Source of the DNA: a virus
Lineage: Duplodnaviria; Heunggongvirae; Uroviricota; Caudoviricetes
IMG/VR virus record: IMGVR_UViG_3300042009_000026
Span: 64,001 to 128,000 of that record
Strand: one strand, 5' to 3'
DNA: 64,000 nt
Part shown: in pieces, positions 1 through 9,935 of the stretch
How the letters are laid out: each line of letters opens with the position of its first letter
How positions within the stretch are numbered: position 1 is the first letter of the stretch
Made by a program: the position numbers and the translations under genes
Notes under the pieces: generated by a model
Database searches by the model: none
Seen by the model: the letters and a program-made list of their open reading frames with translations, nothing else
Told to the model about the DNA's origin: nothing

Positions 1-245
1 AACTGATAGAACTTACCATCAGATTTATGGTAGAACAGATACTCACCACTATCAACAGGCATTGCTACCGTATTATTGGGCCCTGCCTTTTCTGGTATGG
101 GTACGGGTTTTGTGACTTCTCGGGTAACTCGTTGGAATGAAGGATCTTCCATCAATAGCACTATAGTCTGTCTTCGAACATATGGTGCATTTGATGGAAG
201 ATCGGTAAGAGGTGGACTGAAACTATTCGCTGGTTGTTCCAGCAA
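1..245 (-). CDS. Partial hypothetical protein running off the left edge
   Basis: Manual translation: minus frame open from about 245 to position 1 (…LLMEDPSFQRVTREVTKPVPIPEK…FYHKSDGKFYQ); start uncertain. Confidence 0.35.
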   Translation of the reverse strand, partial: MLEQPANSFSPPLTDLPSNAPYVRRQTIVLLMEDPSFQRVTREVTKPVPIPEKAGPNNTVAMPVDSGEYLFYHKSDGKFYQ

Positions 246-651
246 GTTGAGTGTCTTTACTGACGACGTAGTTAATGGCGGCTGCCATTTGCGTAAGGTC
301 TTCAAAGATGAGTCCACCATATTTAGAAACAAGTTTCTTGATCTGTGTGTTTGATTTGATCTGGTGTTCATTCCAGACCAAGTCACCAATTTCCATGAAC
401 ATTACAAACAATGGCTTTTCCGATTGGATGGCCAGTTCTGTAAGTTCTGCTACCGAATACATTCCGATTGCAGCTGGTGTAATAACGAAGACGTTAGCCG
501 AAGCTTCTTCTTTAGCTCGATCTTCACGAGCTGCATCTTCTGGTTTCCAATCAGCTACAACAGGATTGAAATATGGAACGGTCAGTAATGGAATCAATTG
601 ATTCCGGTAATCTGGCCCTGCACAGGTACCACCTAGAAATACTTCATTCAT
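223..651 (-). CDS. Nucleoside 2-deoxyribosyltransferase-like protein (Nuc_deoxyri_tr2-type)
   Basis: VFLGGTC…YFNPVVADW N-terminus and G-x-YSxAE motif typical of the family. Confidence 0.65.
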   Translation of the reverse strand: MNEVFLGGTCAGPDYRNQLIPLLTVPYFNPVVADWKPEDAAREDRAKEEASANVFVITPAAIGMYSVAELTELAIQSEKPLFVMFMEIGDLVWNEHQIKSNTQIKKLVSKYGGLIFEDLTQMAAAINYVVSKDTQLAGTTSE

Positions 652-737
652 CGTTTGGTCACTCGGTAGCCTTTATTTATTGCATCCACTCTGGCGAATG
701 GACGATAGTTATTCCGACCTATGCCGATACGAATCAT
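648..737 (-). CDS. Possible 29-aa small protein (MIRIGIGRNNYRPFARVDAINKGYRVTKR)
   Basis: Manual translation; its TGA overlaps the ATG of the next gene (ATGA). Confidence 0.3.
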   Translation of the reverse strand: MIRIGIGRNNYRPFARVDAINKGYRVTKR

Positions 738-771
738 TTCGTTACCAGGTTCATTGGTGATGGACTCTACT

Positions 772-1284
772 TTAAGCTGCCGCAGCAGGCGGATAATTGG
801 TCGAACGAGTAAGATCACGTTCTAGCTCCGTTTTCTTTGGGTTGACAACCGGTTTAGTCGGTCGTTTAAAGACACGGTAAGCATCGACACCAACTTGGAT
901 GACATTACGTCTCCAAGCAGCGACTTCCAATACACGCATAGCTTCGTAAAGAATGCGGTCAACTTCTGCTCGGTCGATTTTTACCTGTGTAGGTACACCA
1001 TTGATGACCTGGGTAATTTCATACCTTTCGCAGAGAAAGTCGTGTAACGTAGTAGCCTGTGAGTATTCACCCAATGTAGGGATCAGTAGTTGGAACAGAA
1101 AAGGAACAGACGCGCCATCTGTCAGAAAGCCTGTGGGGATATCGACATACTTGTCTGAGTTTTCCTGTCCGATGTAATAACGAAAGCCTGGTACTGTACG
1201 GTAATAAGTCTTCCCTAGAATCCGACTAGCTTCTGGATCTAGTGTTAATTGTTCTTTTGCCGTGAATCGAGTAAATGTACTCAT
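772..1284 (-). CDS. DUF1353 family protein
   Basis: IPTGFLTDGASVP and ATTLHDFLC motifs; AAGGAG RBS. Confidence 0.8.
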   Translation of the reverse strand: MSTFTRFTAKEQLTLDPEASRILGKTYYRTVPGFRYYIGQENSDKYVDIPTGFLTDGASVPFLFQLLIPTLGEYSQATTLHDFLCERYEITQVINGVPTQVKIDRAEVDRILYEAMRVLEVAAWRRNVIQVGVDAYRVFKRPTKPVVNPKKTELERDLTRSTNYPPAAAA

Positions 1285-1313
1285 TAGTATATCTCCTTGG
1301 TTAACATACGATT

Positions 1314-1343
1314 ACGGCATAAAGGCCATCCCGAAGGACAGCC
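1314..1343 (-). terminator. UUCG hairpin followed by TTTATGCCG
   Basis: Minus strand GGCTGTCC-TTCG-GGATGGCC; G-U pairs work only on this strand. Confidence 0.7.
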
Positions 1344-1465
1344 CTTAAGAGGTGACAGCTACAGAAGGATCACTTCTAGAAGACTCTGATACAGAGTACC
1401 CGGCGAGTAACTGGTTGGTGTTAAGGCGCGTATGTCCTCAACTATACTATTACCCAGCCAGTATT

Positions 1466-3268
1466 TTATTTCGGAGCTTTGAATTCAGTCAACGAATGAG
1501 TCATCCATCGCAATAGACCATCTGCAGTCGGTTGCAGGATATGGGTGTATGCTTGGTTGTATTCATAGAAGGCTGCCTCGAAGTCCTCACCGTACTTATG
1601 AAGCTTCTCAAACATTTTGTATACCGAAGGTGGTGCATTAGTTGCATCTGCCTCACGATAACGTTTACCGCCTTTCTCGTAGTGTTTACCTTCAACACCA
1701 AAGATCTTCCAGATACGTAACAGATGCTCATCCCAGAGTTCTTTCTTGAGCTCGACTAGATCCAAGAATGTTTGTGCTATCTTTTTAATGGAACGCTTAT
1801 CCAGAGGTGGTAACGTTTGCTTTACACTAGGCTTAGCAATTTCTACTTCCGGATGTTTAACATGGAACTTGAAATCAACTTCTTTAAGTAGTTGATCAGC
1901 ATGTGTTGGATCTTTTTCCCAGCCATGAGCGAAGAGATAACCAATAACCTCGTTGACTGGCTTAAAGCCTTCATCGAGGAACTGCTTCCCTTTTGTCTTA
2001 TGTTCTTGCGAATCACTACGGATGGTATCAATGATCGAGTGATCGAACTTAGTCAGGTTACCTGGAAAAGAAACCTTGATTGGTTTGTCTGAGAAAGATT
2101 GCTGTTTAAGCCAACTGTCATTCATGAATGTAGCAGTGATGAGCTTCTTAGCGTTCTGATAGTTGTGATCTCCTTCTACGGTCAAGTCTTTAGGTTTATG
2201 TCGAAAGAAACCACCTAGCTTACTTTCCAGAGAACTGAAGTTCTCATTTGCCACTAAATCATTTTCTACCTGGGATGGAATAAATTCTTCCTTGGAGATT
2301 TCTTTGCCTCCAGTGAATGAACGTTCCATGTAAATGACAGCTGCTAAACATGCACCTTCGAATTGACGATAAGCTGCGATAACATCAGGAGAACCTTGTC
2401 CGAACAATTTACGGTATACAGCACCCAACAGTTCTTTCCAAGCTTCGTTATTGTAACTCTTGCTTTGTGCACCATTATCCACTACGGCAGTATAAGCGTC
2501 ATGGAAAGCTGGAATCAGTTGGTCAATAGATTTACCTGCATCTTCCCAAATAAGCTGTGCATCTTTAAGTGCTTTGGCGATGGCATTAGCAATGCCTTCA
2601 ACCTCATCGACACCAAGAGCTTCTCTGCTTTCATCAGTAGCTTTACCTGAGAGTAGGCTAGTCTTACTGCGGACTGGGTTCTTGATGATCTCAGTAACTG
2701 GTTTGAGATCCGGCAGAATAGCTTTAAGCTTGTCAAATGCGTCATCAGATAATTTCGGTGGGCTTAGTAGAGCAGCAGCTGGTTTGACCTGCTTTACATT
2801 AGTGAGGATAGCTTGGATTTGTGCATTCTGGAACTGTGCATTAATAGCACCTGTTTCAGCGATAGTCTGCTCGATCTTATCTAGGTTGATTCGATCTGAC
2901 AAATCACCCACTTTAACTTGGCCGGGTTTATGAGTTTGTTTATTCAGCCAGTCTTTGCTACCATAGGTCTTTTCGAGGGTCTGCAGTAGATGTACACCCT
3001 TAGCTTTATTGTTGCCATCGATCTCAACATAATCACTACCGCGATTATGCATCTTGAAAAACTTACGAATGGGTTCAATAATACTTTCTTGCGAATGGGT
3101 CAAGTCCTCCATCATCTGCGGATCTTGGATGGTATGCTCAGTGCAATGACTTTCATCATCGCTACCCTCAGTAGGGACCTGTGGACGGTGTGCTGAATTT
3201 TCGCGGGAATCATCTTCATGCATCGGGGGTTCACTGTCGGTGGCGCCCATCCATTCATATACATTCAT
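1466..3268 (-). CDS. Internal head/virion protein (phiKZ gp303/gp162-like family) with two tandem modules
   Basis: Acidic propeptide-like N-terminus, S/A-x-E motifs, YMERSF-type motif, position next to nrdB as in phiKZ. Confidence 0.55.
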   Translation of the reverse strand: MNVYEWMGATDSEPPMHEDDSRENSAHRPQVPTEGSDDESHCTEHTIQDPQMMEDLTHSQESIIEPIRKFFKMHNRGSDYVEIDGNNKAKGVHLLQTLEKTYGSKDWLNKQTHKPGQVKVGDLSDRINLDKIEQTIAETGAINAQFQNAQIQAILTNVKQVKPAAALLSPPKLSDDAFDKLKAILPDLKPVTEIIKNPVRSKTSLLSGKATDESREALGVDEVEGIANAIAKALKDAQLIWEDAGKSIDQLIPAFHDAYTAVVDNGAQSKSYNNEAWKELLGAVYRKLFGQGSPDVIAAYRQFEGACLAAVIYMERSFTGGKEISKEEFIPSQVENDLVANENFSSLESKLGGFFRHKPKDLTVEGDHNYQNAKKLITATFMNDSWLKQQSFSDKPIKVSFPGNLTKFDHSIIDTIRSDSQEHKTKGKQFLDEGFKPVNEVIGYLFAHGWEKDPTHADQLLKEVDFKFHVKHPEVEIAKPSVKQTLPPLDKRSIKKIAQTFLDLVELKKELWDEHLLRIWKIFGVEGKHYEKGGKRYREADATNAPPSVYKMFEKLHKYGEDFEAAFYEYNQAYTHILQPTADGLLRWMTHSLTEFKAPK

Positions 3269-3311
3269 TGGCTTTCCTTGATGTGTGTTGTGATGTATAG
3301 GATTGAGACAA

Positions 3312-3346
3312 CATAAGGCTTCCCCTAAGGGGAAGCCAATATGCCG
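3312..3346. terminator. Hairpin terminator with CATA/TATG flanks
   Basis: GGCTTCCCC-TAA-GGGGAAGCC right after the nrdB stop. Confidence 0.75.
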
Positions 3347-3354
3347 TTGTGCCG

Positions 3355-4575
3355 TTATACCGAAAGTTGTTCTTTCGGTTGATAATTCGCCAACTTTGTC
3401 ATGTCATAACCAGGAATAGTAAACTCGAATACAGCATGTTCATTCCGACGCGTCAGCAAGTTAGTCATGTAATCGCCTTTCTTCTCTTCTTGTGCCGAAG
3501 ATTGAGTAGCAGACAACTGAATGTACTTGGTCATGTAAGGCAGTGGGTTCTTCTCAGGCCACTCGAATGGGAAACCAGCAATCTGCTCGAAGTCCCAATC
3601 GAAACGGAAGAAGATGTCATCTTTGACGTTCAAGAACTCTGCAGCAGCTTTAGCATTGAACAGAACCCATTGGATCAGAGACTTGGCGGTAACACCCGTC
3701 AGTTCCCGACCTTCGGAGAACAGGTACAATGCCCATTCAATTTCAGTACGGATGATTTCCCACAGCAAGCGAACGATCTTATCTTTGCATTGTTCGTAAG
3801 CAGTACGCCCACGTTCTGTTGCAAGCTCCGAGCGGAGTACATGTTGACCGAACTGTGCATGGATCTCGAATTCGTCTACAGCGATCTTCTGGACAGCCTT
3901 AGTGATCTGCTGGAACATACCAGTACGACCAATAGCGAATGTCACAGCGAACGATGCCATGAACTGAATACGTTCCAAGAAGTACAGAGCAATCAGGAAC
4001 ATGAAAATGTCGTTGTAGGTTTCTTGGCAGTTCTCTACTTGACCCAAGCCATACTTCAATGAGGTCTCATGGGCTTTAGCCATTACCTCAGACACAATCT
4101 TCATGCGACTATGTGCTTCTTCTACCTTGAGGATCTCTTCACGGATTTCATCAGGGTCATCGAACGAACCACGAACGATTTCGGAATATGTCAGTGCATG
4201 GACACATTCGTTTTCGGAGATACGGTTGTAACCGGTCCAGATACGACCATCAGTAATGACGTTACCCAGGATAGTTACGATCGAACGAGAGGCTACGGAA
4301 TCCGCTTCCCATTGCCATGCCAGAGTTTTGATCATCATGTCGTAGACAGATTTCTCGGCATTCTTGAATTCGGCGTTACAGGTAAAGAAATCGAACTCCA
4401 GTTCGTCCCAGTCCAAGTTACGCAGACGTTTGTACAGTGCCCATGCTTCAGGGTGGTTATGTGTGATCGAATCCAACAGACCCGGATCTTCGCCCAAGAT
4501 GATGTTGTAGGAACCATAGTCCCCTTTACTCAGGTTAAAGATCTTTGGTGCGATATCAGCTACAGTGCCAGTCAT
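3355..4575 (-). CDS. nrdB: Ribonucleotide reductase class Ia beta subunit
   Basis: EADS, ECVHALTY (E-x-x-H plus radical Tyr), LERIQF, DEFEIH, C-terminal QEEKKGDY. Confidence 0.93.
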   Translation of the reverse strand: MTGTVADIAPKIFNLSKGDYGSYNIILGEDPGLLDSITHNHPEAWALYKRLRNLDWDELEFDFFTCNAEFKNAEKSVYDMMIKTLAWQWEADSVASRSIVTILGNVITDGRIWTGYNRISENECVHALTYSEIVRGSFDDPDEIREEILKVEEAHSRMKIVSEVMAKAHETSLKYGLGQVENCQETYNDIFMFLIALYFLERIQFMASFAVTFAIGRTGMFQQITKAVQKIAVDEFEIHAQFGQHVLRSELATERGRTAYEQCKDKIVRLLWEIIRTEIEWALYLFSEGRELTGVTAKSLIQWVLFNAKAAAEFLNVKDDIFFRFDWDFEQIAGFPFEWPEKNPLPYMTKYIQLSATQSSAQEEKKGDYMTNLLTRRNEHAVFEFTIPGYDMTKLANYQPKEQLSV

Positions 4576-4624
4576 TTGTTTCTTCCAATTGGGGATTGTG
4601 GGTGACCGAAGTCACCCGTTCTAT

Positions 4625-6910
4625 TTAGAGGGAGCAAGCGCCGCTGGCACAACCAGCATCTTCAATTGTGTTGGAGAACGCAGATACACCACCGTTCAGA
4701 TCTGCACCAGCTACAATTTCCACGTTGTGGTAGTAACGAGTCTTTTGACCACGGTAGTTCATGTACAACCAATCATCGATTAGTTCGTTCGAGTAGATAT
4801 GCTCTTGGCCTGGAAGAATACGACGGAACAGATCCGCCGAGAGACCACCATCAGTCCACTTCTGGATTACACAGTAACCATCGATCTGACGACGTGTTGG
4901 GATTTCCCAAGCCAGTTCGTATTCGTACTCAGGGTTGTCACCGTAAGGAGCAGCCCATTGAATCGAGATAGCGTTGTCAGTCTTAATGATCGTCAGAGCA
5001 CGAACAGCGTAAACCGAGTTAGCGCCACCCAGTGCTTTCGATGATGCTTCGCCAGGCATGAATGCAGCCAGTACCGAGTGAGCGATACCACCTTTGGCAA
5101 TAATGCGTGCACGCAGTGGTTCCCAATCTTGCAGGTTCTTAAATCCACCTTCAACGATCGTGTCAACGTTACGGTTGTAGGTATCCAGTGGGAGCCAGCC
5201 CTGTGGCCACTTGGTCTTGTGCATCCATGGGGCAACGCCACGTTCATCAGCAATTCGCAGAGAAGCATTGATGAGGCAGTACATGTGCATTTCTGCAATG
5301 CGGTGCATCTCATGCAAACCTTCTTCAGACGAGTACTTCAGTTTGTTACGTGCCATGTGGGTAGCCAGACCCATGATACCAACACCAGCAGAACGACGAG
5401 CCTTAGCAGTCATCTCCAAGTGAGGGAATGCATATTCGGAGTTGTCGATGCAATAGTCGATCATCTTCAACGCATAGTACGCTACTTCTTGGTAACGCTC
5501 TTGCGTGTAGATGTTATTAACTACAATTGCAGCCAACGAACAAGTAGCAATCTCACCACGACCATGGTCTTCCGAAGAGTGCAGGTCTTGCATCGAGTAG
5601 TACGGTGCAGTTGGTTGGCAGATTTCCAGGCAGAGGTTAGACGACAGGATCGGATCAAGGAACGGCGTATGACGGTTGATCTCAGTCATGTTTGCCCAGT
5701 AGGCAGTACCGGTCTCGATACCTTCGTTCAAGGCAGTCAGCACGATCTTACGAGCGTTAACGTAGACTTTCTTGAAGCTTGGGTCTTTCTCGTATTTCAA
5801 ATACAGGTCGATGAACTTACCAACTTCACCACTGTAGAATGCTTCGTGTAGATCTGGAGCAGTGAACACGTTCCAGGTCATCATCTCTTTGTTGTTTGCA
5901 ACCAACCACGCAGTAAAGGTATTGGTCATCAGAGCGTAGTGCAGGTCACGGTTCTTCTTGTCATCCGTCGACTTAGGGTTACGCAGACGAGAGATAACTT
6001 CCACTTCTGGATCGTACACGTTGTAGTACAACGAGATTGCACCACCACGACCGTTCTGTGTGTTAGCACGAACAGCTTTACCTTGAGCAGCAATATACGG
6101 CAGTTTACCTTGGTGCTTGATCAGACCACCACGGACTGGGTCATTGATCGAACGAGTGATCAAGTTAACGCCGATACCAGCAGCTTTCTGTGTCATCACG
6201 TTAGCAATGTAGTCACCTACAGCCAACGATACGCCATTGTCACCCGAAGCGAACAGGCAGCACGAAGCAAAGCCACGGAGTACAGTGCCCAGGTTTACAT
6301 AATTCGGAGTTGGAGCAGACAATTCACGTTGAGAGAACATCTCGTAGAAGTTACGGACGTGTGTCATGCGGGTTTCAGCCGGCTCTTTCTCGGAGAGAGC
6401 CATAGCCATACGCATGTATGTGAACTGTGGAGTTTCGTATTCTTTTTTGGTTACCCGATTCATCAGGGAATACTTCTGACGAATGTGGTGTAGTGCAAAG
6501 TGTGGCGAGTCCATATCAAGATCATGCTTGAGCATCTTCTCGATCTGAGCATATTCACGGGTGGAGTAATCTAGCTTCACCATGACTTTGTCTTTACGCA
6601 TCCGAGTGTGGAGCGTCTTCAGAGTTGGAACACCTTCAGTGCCATAGATCTTCTTACGGATCAATACAGCATACAGTCGACCTGCTGCAACATAAGCGGA
6701 CCAAGTCCCGATATCCAACAGCTTATTGATAAGTGCTTGTTGGAAATCTTGAGAGTATACCTTCTCTGGCATTTCTGCTACGACGTCCATTACGACGCCT
6801 GCCCAATCGATGTCGATCAGGTTCTTCGAGAACCATTCACCCCAGCCGTTTGCTTTGTGTGGCATGAGCGGTTCTTCAGAGCCATCCATCTTGATAAAAG
6901 TCTTGATCAT
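4625..6910 (-). CDS. nrdA: Ribonucleotide reductase class Ia alpha subunit
   Basis: APTPNYVN, ASCCL, SSNLCLEIC active site, C-terminal CASGACSL. Confidence 0.97.
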   Translation of the reverse strand: MIKTFIKMDGSEEPLMPHKANGWGEWFSKNLIDIDWAGVVMDVVAEMPEKVYSQDFQQALINKLLDIGTWSAYVAAGRLYAVLIRKKIYGTEGVPTLKTLHTRMRKDKVMVKLDYSTREYAQIEKMLKHDLDMDSPHFALHHIRQKYSLMNRVTKKEYETPQFTYMRMAMALSEKEPAETRMTHVRNFYEMFSQRELSAPTPNYVNLGTVLRGFASCCLFASGDNGVSLAVGDYIANVMTQKAAGIGVNLITRSINDPVRGGLIKHQGKLPYIAAQGKAVRANTQNGRGGAISLYYNVYDPEVEVISRLRNPKSTDDKKNRDLHYALMTNTFTAWLVANNKEMMTWNVFTAPDLHEAFYSGEVGKFIDLYLKYEKDPSFKKVYVNARKIVLTALNEGIETGTAYWANMTEINRHTPFLDPILSSNLCLEICQPTAPYYSMQDLHSSEDHGRGEIATCSLAAIVVNNIYTQERYQEVAYYALKMIDYCIDNSEYAFPHLEMTAKARRSAGVGIMGLATHMARNKLKYSSEEGLHEMHRIAEMHMYCLINASLRIADERGVAPWMHKTKWPQGWLPLDTYNRNVDTIVEGGFKNLQDWEPLRARIIAKGGIAHSVLAAFMPGEASSKALGGANSVYAVRALTIIKTDNAISIQWAAPYGDNPEYEYELAWEIPTRRQIDGYCVIQKWTDGGLSADLFRRILPGQEHIYSNELIDDWLYMNYRGQKTRYYHNVEIVAGADLNGGVSAFSNTIEDAGCASGACSL

Positions 6911-7227
6911 TACAGTGCCTTGTCAGTCTGTTTGTGGAATTGAGAAGTCAGATACTTAAACATAGTTTTAGGCTGTCCAGTAATTCTCAATTTTACCTTT
7001 CTGGGAAGATTTTACTTCCCCTACGCATAGTATGTTAACAGCACTGCTAAGAGCAAAGGAGGAAGGCTTTTATTCTGCTTTATACATCCCTAGAGGCTCT
7101 TAGAAACAAACCATGGTATACCCTTTGCTCTCTTCCTTATTCTTCTTTTAAACCCCTTCCAAGGGCTTAGAAGTTTAATTACCAGTACACCGTAAGTTAT
7201 GTATCCAATACCACAAGAGGGATAACA

Positions 7228-7602
7228 ATGGCTATCTATATACCAAAGCCAGAACCAATAGAAGTATATCAATGGTTAAAGAATGGTGACATACCAGGAG
7301 ATGGTGTGATCAACAACATTAATAGTGGGGCAGTTGTAGGTCGACATATTACTTACGGTAACTTCACTGGTGGACAACTTTGCCACACATGCAACAAACG
7401 AATGGATGCACATGGTACTATTAAGCAACGTATAGAGGGTTTACCTTACGTTATCTGCCCAGGAGACTGGGTGAAGTTCCATCGTGATCACAAGAAGAAG
7501 ATTATCGGTTATTCCGTAATCACGGCGAAGGTATTGCACACGTGGTATGTAGACCTAGCAACAATCCCACAAGAAGAATTGCCTAAAGGAATCAAGAAAT
7601 GA
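7228..7602 (+). CDS. Hypothetical protein (Cys/His motif CHTC…H…C)
   Basis: ORF with GAGG RBS; stop overlaps the next start. Confidence 0.7.
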   Translation: MAIYIPKPEPIEVYQWLKNGDIPGDGVINNINSGAVVGRHITYGNFTGGQLCHTCNKRMDAHGTIKQRIEGLPYVICPGDWVKFHRDHKKKIIGYSVITAKVLHTWYVDLATIPQEELPKGIKK

Positions 7603-8384
7603 ATCCAGTATATGACATCTTTAATGACATTGCTAACCGCATGCGCACTACCGAGTATGGCGAAGAGTTTATCTCGAACTGTGTAACACTGAAAGGTGCC
7701 TCAGGTAAAGACCATGAGTTGTCTATTAACCAAGCACAACTACTACTCGGTGTATTGGAAGGAACCCATAGTTTCCTGGCCACTTATAACCCACTCGAAT
7801 TCCTGATCTTCTCTTATCAGTTCCAAGACAAGATCAAAGCGAAGTATCTGGCTGTACAATATCAGATCATCTATGACCATGAAGACGATACTATTTTCGT
7901 ATCTGGTGTAATGCGCCATCCGATGACAGTTAAGACTCATCCGGAATATGTTGAAGGTGCACATATCCCAGTTGAAACATTCCAAACCACTATCCCTGAT
8001 GTTGGGTTGTACGGTAGTCTGGCATTGATCAATTGTATCGCTGCACAGAATGAAAAGTTTGCTCCCATCAAAGGTAGTTTTGGGGCTTCATTTGTTTACG
8101 AACTGAAAGATGGGCAACAGTCTATCAAGAAGTATGAGCCAACTGAATTGGATGAGATCGGTATTGATGAAGCCGAGATCCAAGGGGCAATTGGCAATGC
8201 AGTTAAGAAGCTAGCCTCAGGCGGTAACCATACACGTTTTGCTCATCGGATGACCCCTGAAGAATTAGCAGACTATGCTGAATCAGATCGCATTCCATTC
8301 GGTGAGGATGAAGAAGGCGATGAAAATGATCCAGGTTTGTATGTAGGTGCCGATGGTGAACCTACCCCATTCATCCATCCATGA
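7599..8384 (+). CDS. chmB: Probable ChmB (gp2-like chimallin-interacting shell-pore protein)
   Basis: Synteny only (between nrdA and DHFR, where phiKZ-like phages carry gp2); about 200-aa folded region plus acidic tail; sequence similarity not verified. Confidence 0.45.
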   Translation: MNPVYDIFNDIANRMRTTEYGEEFISNCVTLKGASGKDHELSINQAQLLLGVLEGTHSFLATYNPLEFLIFSYQFQDKIKAKYLAVQYQIIYDHEDDTIFVSGVMRHPMTVKTHPEYVEGAHIPVETFQTTIPDVGLYGSLALINCIAAQNEKFAPIKGSFGASFVYELKDGQQSIKKYEPTELDEIGIDEAEIQGAIGNAVKKLASGGNHTRFAHRMTPEELADYAESDRIPFGEDEEGDENDPGLYVGADGEPTPFIHP

Positions 8385-8396
8385 GGAATGTTGACA

Positions 8397-8879
8397 ATGA
8401 AATTAGTACTGATAGCTGCCTTCAGTAACGATGGAGGCATTGGTCGTAGAAACAAACTCCCTTGGAAATGCCCTAATGACATGGCATACTTCCGTAAGAT
8501 CACTGTAGGTGAAACACATGCGTGTGTGATGGGTCGTAAGACTTGGGAATCTCTACCCCCTAAGAAACTCCCAGGTCGTAAGTGCATCGTGCTTTCTTCC
8601 CAACCAATCGATGATGATCGGTGCATTGGCGTTAAGTCTTTCGATGAGGCTAAAGCCGTAGCCAAAGACATGGGTTTAAAGAAGCTGATCATCATTGGTG
8701 GTAGCACTTTATTTAATGAGTATTACGACAAATGCGATGAGTTGCACCTTACGCACATCCATGAAGAAGTGACTGACTGCGATACATTTTTTAACCCAGT
8801 ACTGAAGCCACAACGCTGGCGCCTAGTGGAATCTGTTCTACATCCTGATTGTACCATCAATCGTTGGTTGCGTCGATAA
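8397..8879 (+). CDS. folA: Dihydrofolate reductase
   Basis: IAAFSNDGGIG…LPW…DM, VMGRKTWESLP, LPGRKCIVLS, IIGG; ATG 8397 fits the GAGG spacing better than 8388. Confidence 0.97.
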   Translation: MKLVLIAAFSNDGGIGRRNKLPWKCPNDMAYFRKITVGETHACVMGRKTWESLPPKKLPGRKCIVLSSQPIDDDRCIGVKSFDEAKAVAKDMGLKKLIIIGGSTLFNEYYDKCDELHLTHIHEEVTDCDTFFNPVLKPQRWRLVESVLHPDCTINRWLRR

Positions 8880-8886
8880 CTAATTT

Positions 8887-8916
8887 AGCCTATCCTTCGG
8901 GGTAGGCTTTATGTCG
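8887..8916 (+). terminator. UUCG hairpin terminator followed by TTTATGTCG
   Basis: AGCCTATCC-TTCG-GGGTAGGCT. Confidence 0.8.
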
Positions 8917-8920
8917 CATT

Positions 8921-8945
8921 TAAACTATTTAAAGGCCTATATTAC
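8921..8945 (+). promoter_or_regulatory. phiKZ-type early promoter (CTATATTAC)
   Basis: TATTAC at 8940-8945 in an AT-rich gap upstream of ORF 9034. Confidence 0.7.
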
Positions 8946-9033
8946 TTTCCTGGATATAAGAGTTGTATCTCTGTCCAAAGAACATTATAATGACTGGGTA
9001 AGCAAGAAGCTTATTCAACCTAAGGAGTGGTAA

Positions 9034-9633
9034 ATGAAACATCTTCAAGTGTTTATGGGTTTGGTACAGGACTTCATCCATTCTGGTGAACGTTATGTAA
9101 CCGGCATTTCCACCGTGGGCGGTGAGTACACTTACACGTATGATCCCGATACACGCGAATTCCTGGCTGTTGAAGACGGTATTGTGAAAGCACAATACAA
9201 CGACTTCACCAACAAGTTCACTCAGTCCTTCGATAAGGAAGACATCCTCTGCGCCATCGAATCAATGGCAGATGTTCTGTCTGAGTTGACTGGTGAGCAC
9301 TATGACAAGATTATTGACCGTGAGGCACTGAAGCCTGCTCCACGTGTCAAACCAAAGAAGGTAGCCGTTGGTACTCTCTTAGAAGAAAAGATCAAAGCAC
9401 TTGTAAAGAAAGCTCCAAATGGCTTTAACATCGGGATCGGTGGTTATCAGCTTACCTACCGCCCAGAGAAAGATTATTTCACCATGCTGGTTGATAACAA
9501 GATGCTGGCGCAATTGAACATATTGAATTCAGCCGGGTGCTATCATTTCCCAGATGCTGATTATCCAATTGTCAGCAAAGTAATTGATGAAGCGATGACC
9601 ATTTGCAAAAAGGTAACAGTCGTTCTTAACTAA
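9034..9633 (+). CDS. Hypothetical early protein, two copies of a ~80-aa module
   Basis: AGGAG RBS; internal repeat; paralogous to 9687-9935. Confidence 0.8.
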   Translation: MKHLQVFMGLVQDFIHSGERYVTGISTVGGEYTYTYDPDTREFLAVEDGIVKAQYNDFTNKFTQSFDKEDILCAIESMADVLSELTGEHYDKIIDREALKPAPRVKPKKVAVGTLLEEKIKALVKKAPNGFNIGIGGYQLTYRPEKDYFTMLVDNKMLAQLNILNSAGCYHFPDADYPIVSKVIDEAMTICKKVTVVLN

Positions 9634-9686
9634 TTAAACTAAAGACTACTTTTCGGAGTAGTCGATTCCACCCTAAGGAGCAAGTC

Positions 9687-9935
9687 ATGTCGACTATCGA
9701 AAAAGTAAAAGCAAGCATCGTAGCCCTGACTGAAAAGGCTGGACACAGTTTTAACATTCCGCATGATAATTACTCAATCGAGTATGATGCGGTTACACAG
9801 AGGTTCGCTATTAAAGGACCTACTGGTATGTTCATACACAAACTTAAATGCGGTTCAGGGTTCACTACTTTCCCTGACGAACAGTTGGGTAAAGTAGATG
9901 AGGTAGTACAAGCCGCTAATCAGTGGTTTGTCTAA
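9687..9935 (+). CDS. Hypothetical early protein, paralogue of the upstream gene
   Basis: AAGGAG RBS; shared KA…FNI…Y…Y…F…FPD pattern. Confidence 0.8.
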   Translation: MSTIEKVKASIVALTEKAGHSFNIPHDNYSIEYDAVTQRFAIKGPTGMFIHKLKCGSGFTTFPDEQLGKVDEVVQAANQWFV

